Notes: a model not told the origin generated them from the sequence alone. Positions 1 to 8,728 are shown, counted from the stretch's first letter. The stretch is DNA of 33,672 nt from a virus (IMGVR_UViG_3300017548_000007:1-33672), one strand, 5' to 3'. Made by a program: numbers and translations.

Positions 1-60
1 CCACGGACTTAGGGTGGTGATTGTTCATACGTGCCGCGCGTCCTGTCGCTCGGTTGCGTT

Positions 61-91
61 AACGCCAGCGAATCGGAAGTTCGCTGGCGTT
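61..91 (+). other. Perfect 12-bp hairpin in putative late-operon leader
   Basis: AACGCCAGCGAA (61-72), loop TCGGAAG, TTCGCTGGCGTT (80-91). Confidence 0.6.
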
Positions 92-141
92 TCCATTTCG
101 CACGATGAAGTTTAGCCAAAGCACTTGGCGGTTCTTCGACA

Positions 142-180
142 AAGGCTCGGTCTCTGCCAGGAGGCCGGGCCTTACCTTTC
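142..180 (+). terminator. Terminator-like hairpin with weak U tract
   Basis: AAGGCTCGGTCTC / GAGGCCGGGCCTT 13-bp stem with G-U pairs, followed by ACCTTTC. Confidence 0.4.
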
Positions 181-224
181 CACCATTCCATCGCCTAGAG
201 CGATGACAGAGACAGGACGGCGGC

Positions 225-455
225 ATGAGCTACACCATCGTACGCGATGAGGCGGCAGAGATTGCCCGCCTGTCGTCTAACCTCGACAACGTTGTTCGCC
301 GCCGCTGCAAGATAGGCAAGGTTACGAGCAAGGTGAAGCCTTGGTATGGCGACCTGATCGGAAGATCGTTGCCGGCGCGCCCGAAAGACACGTTCTTCAT
401 TCCACCTCATGAGCCGTTTGCTACATGGTGCGTCGTTGACGGGCCTGCTTGGTAG
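225..455 (+). CDS. Hypothetical phage protein (76 aa)
   Basis: ATG preceded by AGGA; same strand as late operon; no recognised motif. Confidence 0.5.
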   Translation: MSYTIVRDEAAEIARLSSNLDNVVRRRCKIGKVTSKVKPWYGDLIGRSLPARPKDTFFIPPHEPFATWCVVDGPAW

Positions 456-564
456 CTTCCCAGCCCGTCCTGCCTTCCCTATCGCAACCATCCCGATCTG
501 ATACGCAACGCGGTTTGTGTATCACGGGGCGCAAGCATCCCATCAAATCGAGAGGCATACCAAC

Positions 565-714
565 ATGCTCAAGATCGGCATGACCGTCCGCACGCCTGAT
601 GGTGTGACGGGCTTAATCGACCGCACGTCCACGCGAACCGGCGAGAAGCTGTTCCGTGTCGCTGACCACTGGTTCCCTAAGGCAGCACTGGAGCCGATCA
701 ATGGCGCTTCCTGA
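565..714 (+). CDS. Small hypothetical protein, possibly SH3/KOW-like beta-barrel (49 aa, MLKIGMTVRTPDG...)
   Basis: ATG 565 after GAGAGG RBS; 'KIGMTV..PDG.TG.I' pattern resembles small beta-barrels. Confidence 0.6.
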   Translation: MLKIGMTVRTPDGVTGLIDRTSTRTGEKLFRVADHWFPKAALEPINGAS

Positions 715-904
715 CGGCGTATCCCGCGACAGCATCCGTGCTGTTGTCGAACTGCTGGACAGCCAAGGCGGCAGCACTGGTGCTGTAGACGCGACAGCTT
801 ATTCCGATCCGACCGGCGCCGCAGATGGCGACATGATTGCCCTGTTGAAGGGCATGTACGTGCTCTTGGCGCAGATCGAAGAGAACACCCGCCCGACACC
901 GTGA
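701..904 (+). CDS. Hypothetical phage protein (67 aa, MALPDGVS...)
   Basis: ATG 701 after GGAG, overlapping the previous ORF; contains DPTGAADGDMIALLKG. Confidence 0.6.
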   Translation: MALPDGVSRDSIRAVVELLDSQGGSTGAVDATAYSDPTGAADGDMIALLKGMYVLLAQIEENTRPTP

Positions 905-950
905 CGGGTGAGCATCCACAAGCAATCAAGCAACAGCAAGGATACTCAAA

Positions 951-1226
951 ATGGCAATCACTTCCATTCATGGCCGTCGCCTCGGCATCGAAGTCGGCAC
1001 TGACGACCTGGTCATTCTCGGCGGGCTCAAGAAGGCGAGTGGCGCTCCCGTCGCAATGCTTCCCAAGCTCCCGACCTACACCGTGGCTACCGTCCCCAGC
1101 GCATCCACTGCTGGCGCAGGTACGCTGATCTACGTGAGCAATGGCCTTGCCGGCGCTCCCTGCGTGGCCGTGTCAAACGGCACAAGCTGGATCAGCCCTG
1201 CTGGCACGGCGGTAGCTTCGTCCTAA
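951..1226 (+). CDS. Small virion-like protein carrying a fibre-terminal module (possible head decoration/fibre)
   Basis: AAGGA RBS; LPTYTVATVPSA..GAGTLIYVSNG..G.PCVAVSNGTSW resembles a module seen at C-termini of alphaproteobacterial phage/GTA fibre proteins. Confidence 0.65.
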   Translation: MAITSIHGRRLGIEVGTDDLVILGGLKKASGAPVAMLPKLPTYTVATVPSASTAGAGTLIYVSNGLAGAPCVAVSNGTSWISPAGTAVASS

Positions 1227-1252
1227 GCGGCAAACTGGAGAGGCAAACCATT

Positions 1253-1465
1253 ATGTCCACGGAAGCTGCCCGCCGAGAATCATGCTTGGCGCTCGCATTT
1301 GGCACATTTGTTACTTCGGGTGACAAGTGCCCTGATGCTGAAATCGTCGCAGGGACTATCATCAAGATAGCCGATCTCTATGACCGATATGTCGATCTCG
1401 GGGTTGAGCATCAGGAAGACGGGTTGGGTGCGTTCATACCCACCGATCCGTCTGGGTTGGCATAA
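1253..1465 (+). CDS. Hypothetical protein (70 aa)
   Basis: GGAGAGG RBS; fills the gap before terS. Confidence 0.55.
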   Translation: MSTEAARRESCLALAFGTFVTSGDKCPDAEIVAGTIIKIADLYDRYVDLGVEHQEDGLGAFIPTDPSGLA

Positions 1466-1470
1466 CCCCT

Positions 1471-2028
1471 GTGCCGACGCTTCCCAACGCCAAGCATGAG
1501 GCGTTCGCTCAAGGGCTGGCAAAAGGGCTTTCTGCTACCGAGGCTTATGTTGCGGCGGGGTACAAGGAAAGCAGATCGTCTGCTTCTCGCCTGTCAACAA
1601 ATGCGAACATCGAGGCTCGCGTGGCCGAATTGGTCAACAAGGGCGCTGACAGGGCGGAAGTCACAATCGCCCGCGTCCTTGATGAGATGCGCAAGCTCGG
1701 GTTCTCGGACCTGCGCAAAGCCTTCGATCAGAACGGCCGGCTCAAGCGGCCGGAAGAATGGGACGACGACTTTGCGGCATCGGTTGCCTCGGTAGAGGTA
1801 GTCACGCGCAATATCGGTGAAGGCGAGGTCGAGCACGTCCACAAGATCAAGGTCTGGGACAAGAACAGCGCCTTGGAGAAGCTAGCCAAACATCTCGGCA
1901 TGTTCATTGAGCGGCATGAGCACACAGGCAAGGACGGCAAGGCCATCGAATTTGCCGACATGACGGACGCCGAAAAAGCCCGTCGCCTCGCATTTGCACT
2001 GGCGCGTGCTGCGCATGCAGAATCTTGA
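1471..2028 (+). CDS. terS: Terminase small subunit
   Basis: N-terminal KHEAFAQGL..G.SATEAYVAAGY...ASRL HTH-type motif; C-terminal K.WDKNSALEKLAKHLGMF..RHEHTGKDG; directly upstream of terL. Confidence 0.9.
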   Translation: MPTLPNAKHEAFAQGLAKGLSATEAYVAAGYKESRSSASRLSTNANIEARVAELVNKGADRAEVTIARVLDEMRKLGFSDLRKAFDQNGRLKRPEEWDDDFAASVASVEVVTRNIGEGEVEHVHKIKVWDKNSALEKLAKHLGMFIERHEHTGKDGKAIEFADMTDAEKARRLAFALARAAHAES

Positions 2029-3583
2029 CGATCTGATCCGTTCGCTGGCGAAGCTGCCGGCTGAGGAACAGAAGAACGCCCAAGACCTGATCGCCAGCAC
2101 AACCAGTCTGGCATGGATAGCATCAGTGGGGCCGCAGACGGCGGCCTATTTCTCACCTGCCGACGTGCTGCTTTATGGCGGGCAGGGCGGTGGTGGTAAG
2201 ACTGACCTTGGCCTTGGGCTGGCTTTCACGGCTCATCAGCGATCATTGATCCTACGCCGGCAGTACACCGACCTCGCATCGATTATCGAGCGGGCGATTG
2301 AGATCAACGGGACGCGGGATGGCTTCAACGGTTCGCCTCCCCCCAAGCTGAATACGAATGACGGGAGGCTGATCCGCTTCGGTGCGAACCGACTGCTTGG
2401 GGATGAGCAGAGCTGGCAGGGTCAGCCGTTCGACCTCAAGGTGTTTGACGAGGCGTGCCAGTTCCTTGAAGCGCAGATCAAGTTCCATCTAGGCTGGCTG
2501 CGTTCTACAGCGGCCGGGCAGAGGGTGAGGGCGCTTCTGGCGACCAACCCGCCGCTCTCGGCTGAGGGTGATTTTATCATCGGCATGTTCCGGCCGTGGC
2601 TGGACGTGACCCACCACAACCCGGCAAAGCATGGGGAGCTTCGATACTTCGTCACTGCGCCGGATGGGACCGATCTGGAGGTTGACGGACCTGAGCCAGT
2701 GGAGATGGGCGGCAGAACTCTTAAGCCGCTTTCGCGCACGTTCATCCCGGCCAAACTGAGCGACAATCCGTATCTGATCGGCACGAACTACCAGGCACAG
2801 CTCGATGCGCTTCCCGAGCCGCTTCGCTCTGCGATTCGAGACGGCAACTTCATGCTGTCGCGGCAGGACGACCAGTATCAGGTTATCCCGACCGACTGGA
2901 TTCGACAGGCGATGGCGCGGTGGGGCGAGAAAGCTCCCGAAGGCGTCGGCATGTCGTCTATCGCGGCTGACGTGGCGTTGGGTGGGCAGGACGCGACAGT
3001 GTACGCGCGGCGTCATGGCCACTGGTTTGATAGCCTTGTGTCCGAGAAGGGCAAGGACACAGTAGACCCACTCAGCATCGCATCACGGCTTCTGGCGCTG
3101 ATGCGGGATGGCTGCGCAATCGTGATCGACATGGGCGGCGGGTATGGTTCCGGCGTCTATTCGCATCTGCACAACAACGTGCAGGGTCTTACGCTCCATG
3201 GGTTCAATGGGGCGAATAGCTCGAAGCGAGGGACGCGCGACGGCAAGTTGCGGTTTGCCAACAAGCGCGCCGAAGCATGGTGGAAATTCAGAGAGGCCCT
3301 GGAGCCTAACCTTGGCGAGCCGGTCGCGCTCCCGCCTGATCAGGAATTGCTATCCGACTTGACTACGCCGCGCTGGAAACTGACGCAGAGCGGCATCCTG
3401 ATCGAAAGCAAGGACGACATCCGCAAGCGCCTCGGTCGCTCGCCTGACAAGGGTGATGCGGTCGTGATGGCGTGGGCATTCGGTGAGGACAGTGTATCGG
3501 CTCGCATTCGTGTTGCGAGCAATCCACGCGGCATGCCGAAGGTCAATCTGGGCTACTCCAACCTGAAGAGGCGCAGGGCATGA
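2015..3583 (+). CDS. terL: Terminase large subunit
   Basis: Walker A YGGQGGGGKT, Walker B LKVFDEA, motif III ATNP, nuclease motifs ADVALGGQD and SPDKGDA; ATG 2015 preferred start. Confidence 0.95.
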   Translation: MQNLDDLIRSLAKLPAEEQKNAQDLIASTTSLAWIASVGPQTAAYFSPADVLLYGGQGGGGKTDLGLGLAFTAHQRSLILRRQYTDLASIIERAIEINGTRDGFNGSPPPKLNTNDGRLIRFGANRLLGDEQSWQGQPFDLKVFDEACQFLEAQIKFHLGWLRSTAAGQRVRALLATNPPLSAEGDFIIGMFRPWLDVTHHNPAKHGELRYFVTAPDGTDLEVDGPEPVEMGGRTLKPLSRTFIPAKLSDNPYLIGTNYQAQLDALPEPLRSAIRDGNFMLSRQDDQYQVIPTDWIRQAMARWGEKAPEGVGMSSIAADVALGGQDATVYARRHGHWFDSLVSEKGKDTVDPLSIASRLLALMRDGCAIVIDMGGGYGSGVYSHLHNNVQGLTLHGFNGANSSKRGTRDGKLRFANKRAEAWWKFREALEPNLGEPVALPPDQELLSDLTTPRWKLTQSGILIESKDDIRKRLGRSPDKGDAVVMAWAFGEDSVSARIRVASNPRGMPKVNLGYSNLKRRRA

Positions 3584-3819
3584 ACAAGAATACCGCAGGG
3601 GCCGTTCTGGTCCTGATCCTTGCCGCATATGGCATTGTCAATGACGAGACGGCTGTGTGGGTGCTTGCGGCTGCCACAGCGGCGCTGGCATTCCTTGCAA
3701 GCGAAGCGCTCGATTATTCCGATCTGCACCGCTCCGATTTCGCCATGAAGCTGAATGTCGGCTTCGCACTCGCATCGTGGGCGACCGTGGCCGGCGCGGC
3801 GCTCTTCGCAATCTTCTAG
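3580..3819 (+). CDS. Small membrane protein (2-3 hydrophobic segments)
   Basis: ATGA overlap with terL stop; very hydrophobic. Confidence 0.7.
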   Translation: MNKNTAGAVLVLILAAYGIVNDETAVWVLAAATAALAFLASEALDYSDLHRSDFAMKLNVGFALASWATVAGAALFAIF

Positions 3820-3830
3820 GAGATCACATC

Positions 3831-4025
3831 ATGGCAGGTTTGTTTGGAGGCCAGAAGGCTTCCGATCCCGTTCGCATGCCCAACCAGAACGATGCAGCGG
3901 CACAGGAAGCCAAGCGCCGTACACGGCTGAGTCTGCTTGGCCGTCAGGGCAGGGACAGCACCAATCTGGAAAACCGGGGCGGTGGTGGCATGGGTGCATA
4001 CGTCAATTCGAAGCTTGGTCAGTGA
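3831..4025 (+). CDS. Small pre-portal virion protein (T7 gp7.3-like position; MAGLFGGQK...)
   Basis: AGGAG RBS, ATG 3831; Gly-rich N-terminus, basic middle and ..KLGQ end are typical of podovirus pre-portal proteins. Confidence 0.75.
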   Translation: MAGLFGGQKASDPVRMPNQNDAAAQEAKRRTRLSLLGRQGRDSTNLENRGGGGMGAYVNSKLGQ

Positions 4026-4216
4026 CGACATTCAGCGTCACGCTTCCCGGCCCGATTGACATGCAGGCAGGCGAGAAAGCCCTTGCCGCACGTGCCAGCC
4101 TCTATGGCTACGACCTTGCGCCGGATGCCGAGACGCAGACGGGCACCGTTGAGGGCGGCGTGCGCTATTCGTGCGATGCCCTGCCCAAGCCGCCAGCCTA
4201 TGCGGGGAATGCCTGA
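4022..4216 (+). CDS. Hypothetical protein (64 aa, MTTFSVTLPG...)
   Basis: GTGA overlap with previous stop and TGATG overlap with portal start imply translational coupling. Confidence 0.65.
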   Translation: MTTFSVTLPGPIDMQAGEKALAARASLYGYDLAPDAETQTGTVEGGVRYSCDALPKPPAYAGNA

Positions 4217-5856
4217 TGGACTCGCGCGCAAAGGAATTGGTGCAGATTGGCTCCCGGCTGTTCTCGCAGAAACTGCAATGGGATCAACTTGCGCAGGAGA
4301 TAGCAGAGCAGATTTACCCACTGCGCGCGGACTTCACCACCAAGTTCACGCTTGGCGATGACTTCTCCGTTGACCTGATGGACAGCTTTCCGGTTCTGGC
4401 GCGTGATACTCTGGGCTCCATGCCCAATGCCATGCTGCGACAGGGAGAGTGGTTCAAGGGCCGCACTGGTGACGAAGAACTGGACGAGCTTCCACAGGTC
4501 GAGCGCTGGTTCGAGCGCACCACACAGACGCTCTATCGCCTGATCTATGACCGTCGCGCGAACTTCCGCCGCGCCACAATCGAGGCCGATCACGATTACG
4601 TCGCCTTCGGCAATCCGGTCCTGACGGTCGAGGAAAGCCCGACACGCGATCACATGCTGTTCCGCTCCTGGCATCCGAAAGAGGTTGCCTTCATGGAGAA
4701 CGCGGTCGGCGCGATCGATCATGTCCAGCGCAATGCACCGATGACGGCACGGGCCATCGTGAAGCGCAGGACATGGAAGAACATCCACAGCGACATCAAG
4801 CAGGCTGCCGAGAAAGACCCGACGAAGGAGTTCAAGGTTCGCCATATCGTCCTGCCCACGGACGAAGTATATGGCGACGACCGCAAGGCCATGCGCCGCT
4901 ACAAGGACATGCCTTTCCTGTCCATCTATGTGGACTGCGAGCATGAGGAAATCTTGGGTGAGGGCGGGCTTCCGGTCTTCAACTACGTGATCCCGCGCGC
5001 CCGGACGATCTCAGGATACCAGTACGGGTTCAGCCCTTGGGCCATCAACGCACTGCCGGAAGCGCGCATGTTGCAGCAGCTTTCGCGTATCATTCTGGAG
5101 AAGGGCGAAAAGGCCGTCGATCCTCCGACCATCGGCAAGGGTGAGATATTCCGGGATGCCATCAATCTCTATGCCGGCGGTCACACCTTCGTGGACATGG
5201 AGAACGACGACGATATTCGGAAGGTGTTCCAGACGGTAGAGACTGGCGACATCTCCATCGGCGCGGAGATGAAGGCGGACACGCGCAATCTCATCTCGGA
5301 AGCCTTCCTGCTCAACAAGCTGATGCTGCCCAATGTGCGGGAGATGACGGCCACGGAAGCCTCATTCCGCATGGATGAGTTCCGCCGGGCTGCCTTGCCG
5401 TTCTTCGGGCCTATCGAGGCGGAATACCATCTGCCGCTTTTGGATACGGCATTCCAGATCGCGCTTCGCAATGGCGCGTTCAACATCGAGGAAATGCCGG
5501 ACGAATTGCAGGACCGTGAAGTCACGTTCAGCTTTGAAAGCCCGCTGAACACGGCGGAAGGCAGACAGGCGGTGCAGTCGTTCATGGAGAGCGTTCAGAT
5601 CATCGCCGCTGCCTCGCAGTTCGATCAGTCCATTCCGCAGCGCTGGAACCTTCCCAAGATGGTGGATGATGCCGTGCGCGGCACTGGCGCCCCGACCGAT
5701 TGGGAAGTGGACGAGGAACAGCGCGTTGCTGACGAGGCACAGGCCAAGCAGGTGGCCGGACTCCAGCAGGCCGCGCAGATGCTTCAAGGCGGCGCGGCGG
5801 TCGGCAAGGACGTGGCAGACGCAACAATCGCGCTCCAGCAGGCAGGGCTAGCATGA
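4216..5856 (+). CDS. Portal (head-to-tail connector) protein, T7 gp8/BPP-1-like
   Basis: About 546 aa after terL; YGFSP..NALP and MTATE...R..E....L motifs and F.FESPL near the C-terminus are typical of the podovirus head-tail connector family. Confidence 0.92.
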   Translation: MDSRAKELVQIGSRLFSQKLQWDQLAQEIAEQIYPLRADFTTKFTLGDDFSVDLMDSFPVLARDTLGSMPNAMLRQGEWFKGRTGDEELDELPQVERWFERTTQTLYRLIYDRRANFRRATIEADHDYVAFGNPVLTVEESPTRDHMLFRSWHPKEVAFMENAVGAIDHVQRNAPMTARAIVKRRTWKNIHSDIKQAAEKDPTKEFKVRHIVLPTDEVYGDDRKAMRRYKDMPFLSIYVDCEHEEILGEGGLPVFNYVIPRARTISGYQYGFSPWAINALPEARMLQQLSRIILEKGEKAVDPPTIGKGEIFRDAINLYAGGHTFVDMENDDDIRKVFQTVETGDISIGAEMKADTRNLISEAFLLNKLMLPNVREMTATEASFRMDEFRRAALPFFGPIEAEYHLPLLDTAFQIALRNGAFNIEEMPDELQDREVTFSFESPLNTAEGRQAVQSFMESVQIIAAASQFDQSIPQRWNLPKMVDDAVRGTGAPTDWEVDEEQRVADEAQAKQVAGLQQAAQMLQGGAAVGKDVADATIALQQAGLA

Positions 5857-6188
5857 TGCCGATCGCATATACTTCTCGCAACATAGGCGACAAGCCCACG
5901 CCGCACTACTGGCACAACACATGGCTCACGCCTGATGTTGATGCGTGTCGTCGCTTTCGCGCCGAATACTCACGGCGTCGTGAAGAAATGTTGGCGTTCC
6001 AGAAGCAGGCTCGCAACCGCGATGATGCGCGGTTCTTCAAAGAAGAGGCGTCCGATGCATTGAAATGGTTCAGGGCAGCAGATGCGTGGGTGAAGCTGCT
6101 TTCGGCCGAAAAGGGCTGGCGGCCAACGTCCGATTGGCCCGTTGAACTCCAGCCATACTTTGACCGTGTGCAGGCGGCAGCATCATGA
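5853..6188 (+). CDS. Hypothetical protein (111 aa)
   Basis: ATGA overlaps at both ends; no recognised motif. Confidence 0.7.
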   Translation: MMPIAYTSRNIGDKPTPHYWHNTWLTPDVDACRRFRAEYSRRREEMLAFQKQARNRDDARFFKEEASDALKWFRAADAWVKLLSAEKGWRPTSDWPVELQPYFDRVQAAAS

Positions 6189-6478
6189 AGCCGCATGAGC
6201 CGCCGGTTGTGACCAAGGAAGTCGTCTACGCGCTCAAGGCGCTGAGCGAGGGTGTAGCCAACGAAAGCCAGCAGAAGGCGGCGCTGGAGTTCATCCTTAT
6301 CGAGGCATGCGGCATCCGCAATGTCAGCTATCAGCCCGGAGATACGGCTGGCACGGCATTTGCCGAGGGCCGTCGCTTCGCGGGTCTGGTGATCGCAGGC
6401 GCAATGCAGGCCAAGCCGCTGCGCGTCGGCAAGAGAGGCAAACCAGAGGCAGAGGCAAATGACAGCAGAAAACCTTGA
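6185..6478 (+). CDS. Bbp19-like phage protein
   Basis: SYQPGD...TAFAEGRRFAGL motif; position between portal and scaffold. Confidence 0.75.
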   Translation: MKPHEPPVVTKEVVYALKALSEGVANESQQKAALEFILIEACGIRNVSYQPGDTAGTAFAEGRRFAGLVIAGAMQAKPLRVGKRGKPEAEANDSRKP

Positions 6479-7385
6479 TCCGGCTCCCGAGCCGGAGATT
6501 GTGCCGAACGATCCACCGGCACCCGATCCCGATCCGGCTCCGCAGCCTGAGCCATCGCCAAGTCCCGATCCTGCGCCCGCTCCCGAACCGGAAGACACTG
6601 GCGACAAGGACAAGCCCGCATGGGGTGATGACTGGCGCGAACAGATGGCAGGCGGCGATGAGGATATTGCCAAGATCATCAAGCGCTATTCCTCGCCTCG
6701 GAACATTGCCAAGGCGCTGAAAGATGCGCAGGAAATGATCCGCTCCGGCAAGCTCAAACGCGATGCGCCTGATCCCAATGACGAAAAGGCGATGGCCGAA
6801 TGGCGCAGGGAGCAGGGCATCCCTGACGATCCGACCGGCTATAAGCTGCCCGATCCTGTCGCCAAGCGCTTGACGGACGAGGACAAGCCTGTGCTGGCCG
6901 CTTTCACCGAGTTCGCCCACGGCAAGAACGCGCCTCAGTCGGTGATCGACATTGCCAGCGAATGGTATGTCGAGAACATGGAGAAGGCGGCAGAAGCCAG
7001 CGCCAACCGCGACCGCGAGGCCGAGGAAGCGGCAGAAGACGCGCTGCGCAAGGACTGGTCGCATGCCGACTTCAAGGCGAACATGACGCTCGCCAAGCGC
7101 TTCACCGCTGAAATCCCCGGCGTAGGTGAGAACTGGACAGAGTTCCGTGGGCCTGACGGCCGTCGCCTCGGTGACAGCCCGGATTTCATCATGTGGGCCG
7201 CAGACATGGGACGGCAGCATTTCGGTGATGTGACCTTCGCCAATCCGGATTCCGACCGACGCCACACGGCGCGAAAGGAAGAGATCGAGAAGGTGATGAA
7301 GGAGAACATCAACTCCTATTACGAGCAGGGTCTCGACAAGGAATACAACGCGATCCTTGAGCGCGAAGAGCGCCGTCGCAAGTAA
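6459..7385 (+). CDS. Capsid scaffolding/assembly protein
   Basis: Pro/Asp/Glu-rich N-terminus, 'G.PDDPTGYKLP' motif, helical acidic body; between portal and capsid. Confidence 0.85.
   Translation: MTAENLDPAPEPEIVPNDPPAPDPDPAPQPEPSPSPDPAPAPEPEDTGDKDKPAWGDDWREQMAGGDEDIAKIIKRYSSPRNIAKALKDAQEMIRSGKLKRDAPDPNDEKAMAEWRREQGIPDDPTGYKLPDPVAKRLTDEDKPVLAAFTEFAHGKNAPQSVIDIASEWYVENMEKAAEASANRDREAEEAAEDALRKDWSHADFKANMTLAKRFTAEIPGVGENWTEFRGPDGRRLGDSPDFIMWAADMGRQHFGDVTFANPDSDRRHTARKEEIEKVMKENINSYYEQGLDKEYNAILEREERRRK
6476..6593 (+). repeat. Low-complexity Pro-rich coding repeat (DPAPEP-type) in scaffold N-terminus
   Basis: DPAPEPE...DPPAPDPDPAPQPEPSPSPDPAPAPEPE. Confidence 0.8.
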
Positions 7386-7414
7386 GTTCGCCAGCCCATC
7401 TGGTGATGACCGAT

Positions 7415-7441
7415 CCCGGCCAGCGTGCCGGGTTTTTTATT
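7415..7441 (+). terminator. Rho-independent terminator between scaffold and capsid genes
   Basis: CCCGGC-CAGCGT-GCCGGG then TTTTTTATT. Confidence 0.8.
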
Positions 7442-7449
7442 GCCCGCGA

Positions 7450-7581
7450 TCAGGCTTCCCCGGCAACGGCCCCTGACCGAGCAACCGTGAAACGCCAAGC
7501 GTGACAGCCCCGACAGGCGACCGGCCTCCCTGCGCAAGCAGCCCCGTATCGCCTCCGGCCTCCCTGACCCGCGTCGGCTCC
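7450..7581 (+). ncRNA. Candidate structured cis-RNA in capsid leader: 3-4 tandem hairpins with a conserved CYUCC/CY internal loop
   Basis: TCAGG-CTTCC-CCG-GCAA-CGG-CC-CCTGA; AGGCGA-C-CGG-CCTCC-CTGC-GCAA-GCAG-CC-CCG-TA-TCGCCT; GG-CCTCC-CTGAC-CCGC-GTCGG-CT-CC. Confidence 0.55.
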
Positions 7582-7615
7582 AAACCCCATCAACATCCTC
7601 AAAAGGAACGAGAAC

Positions 7616-8452
7616 ATGACTGTCGAAGCACCCATGATCCGTTACCGCAAGGAGTTCGTGGCGGCTTTCGAGCAGGACGTGAGCCTGCTGAAGCTCGCAA
7701 CCACGAAGGAAGCAATGGCAGATGGCCTGACGGCCACCTTCCTTGTCTCCGGCTCCGGTGGTGACACTGCCGTTACGCGCGGCACCAATGGCCAGATCCC
7801 CTACGGCAATCCGACCAATTCGCAGGTGACTGCGACGCTGATCGAGAAGCATGCGCCGTACGAACTGACCGGCTTTAACATCTTCGCCTCGCAGGGCGAT
7901 CAGATGCGCATCATGCAGATGGCGTCCATGAACGTCATCAACCGTGATATCGATCTGACCATCCTTGGCGAACTCGCCAATGCCACGCAGGACTACGGTA
8001 CCGGCACGGCATCGGTGGCGACGGTGGCAGGCGCAAAGGCCATCCTCGGCAACAATCAGGTTCGCACCTGGGAAGCCGATAACATGTTCGGCGTCGTGTC
8101 GCCGGCATTCATGGCCTACCTCATGCAGACCACGGAGTTTGCGAGCGCTGACTATGTGGACGTGAAGCCGTTCTCCGGCCCCGCGCGCCGCATGCTGCGC
8201 TGGTTCGGCATCAACTGGATCGAGAATCCGCTGGTGACCGGCGTCGGCACGAACGCGGAAATCTGCTACATCTTCCACAAGGCATCCATCGGCTATGCCG
8301 TGCGTCTTCAGGAAGAGAAGATTTCCATCGGCTACGACGACAAGCAGGACACTTCGTGGTCCCGCGCGACGACGTACCATGCCGCCAAGCTCCTCCAGAA
8401 CTCGGGCGTTGTGAAGATCACTCACGACGGTTCCGCGTTCGTGGCATCGTAA
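7616..8452 (+). CDS. Major capsid protein (BPP-1 Bbp17-like)
   Basis: AAGGA RBS; position after scaffold; 278 aa; EF.AAFEQ..S.L N-terminus, R.ID..IL and W.G..WI motifs; strongly biased codons. Confidence 0.9.
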   Translation: MTVEAPMIRYRKEFVAAFEQDVSLLKLATTKEAMADGLTATFLVSGSGGDTAVTRGTNGQIPYGNPTNSQVTATLIEKHAPYELTGFNIFASQGDQMRIMQMASMNVINRDIDLTILGELANATQDYGTGTASVATVAGAKAILGNNQVRTWEADNMFGVVSPAFMAYLMQTTEFASADYVDVKPFSGPARRMLRWFGINWIENPLVTGVGTNAEICYIFHKASIGYAVRLQEEKISIGYDDKQDTSWSRATTYHAAKLLQNSGVVKITHDGSAFVAS

Positions 8453-8464
8453 GGAGATCGGACA

Positions 8465-8728
8465 ATGGCTTACACTCCCGACGCTTTGAGCATCGTTTAC
8501 GCGACGGTTGGCGGCACGTTCCGCAAATTCGTCTATGTGGACGCTGCTGCTGAAAGCAACGCCACCCTGGTTGGCGCAAGCTTCTTCGCTGACGGCGCCG
8601 CCAAAGGCATGCGCAAGGGCGACATTGTTGATGTCATCCAGCCCGCCAGCCCGAAGGCCAAGCAGTACCAGGTTGCCAGCACGAGCGGCGCAGCCGCCAC
8701 GGTTGCAGCCGTCACTGCCATCACCTGA
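8465..8728 (+). CDS. Capsid decoration/cement protein
   Basis: AAGGAG RBS; small Ala/Thr/Val-rich protein directly after capsid; FF.DG...GM..GD.V motif. Confidence 0.7.
   Translation: MAYTPDALSIVYATVGGTFRKFVYVDAAAESNATLVGASFFADGAAKGMRKGDIVDVIQPASPKAKQYQVASTSGAAATVAAVTAIT

Noticed and set aside
9-491. - strand ORFs 9-191 and 195-491
   Set aside because: No RBS or motif support; they overlap hairpins and the + strand ORF 225-455
2015-3583. Intein or intron in terL
   Set aside because: Normal length with contiguous ATPase and nuclease motifs; no splicing motifs
7450-7581. CRISPR mini-array interpretation of the GGCCTCCCTG repeats
   Set aside because: Repeats are only about 10 nt, irregularly spaced and part of hairpins; no cas genes
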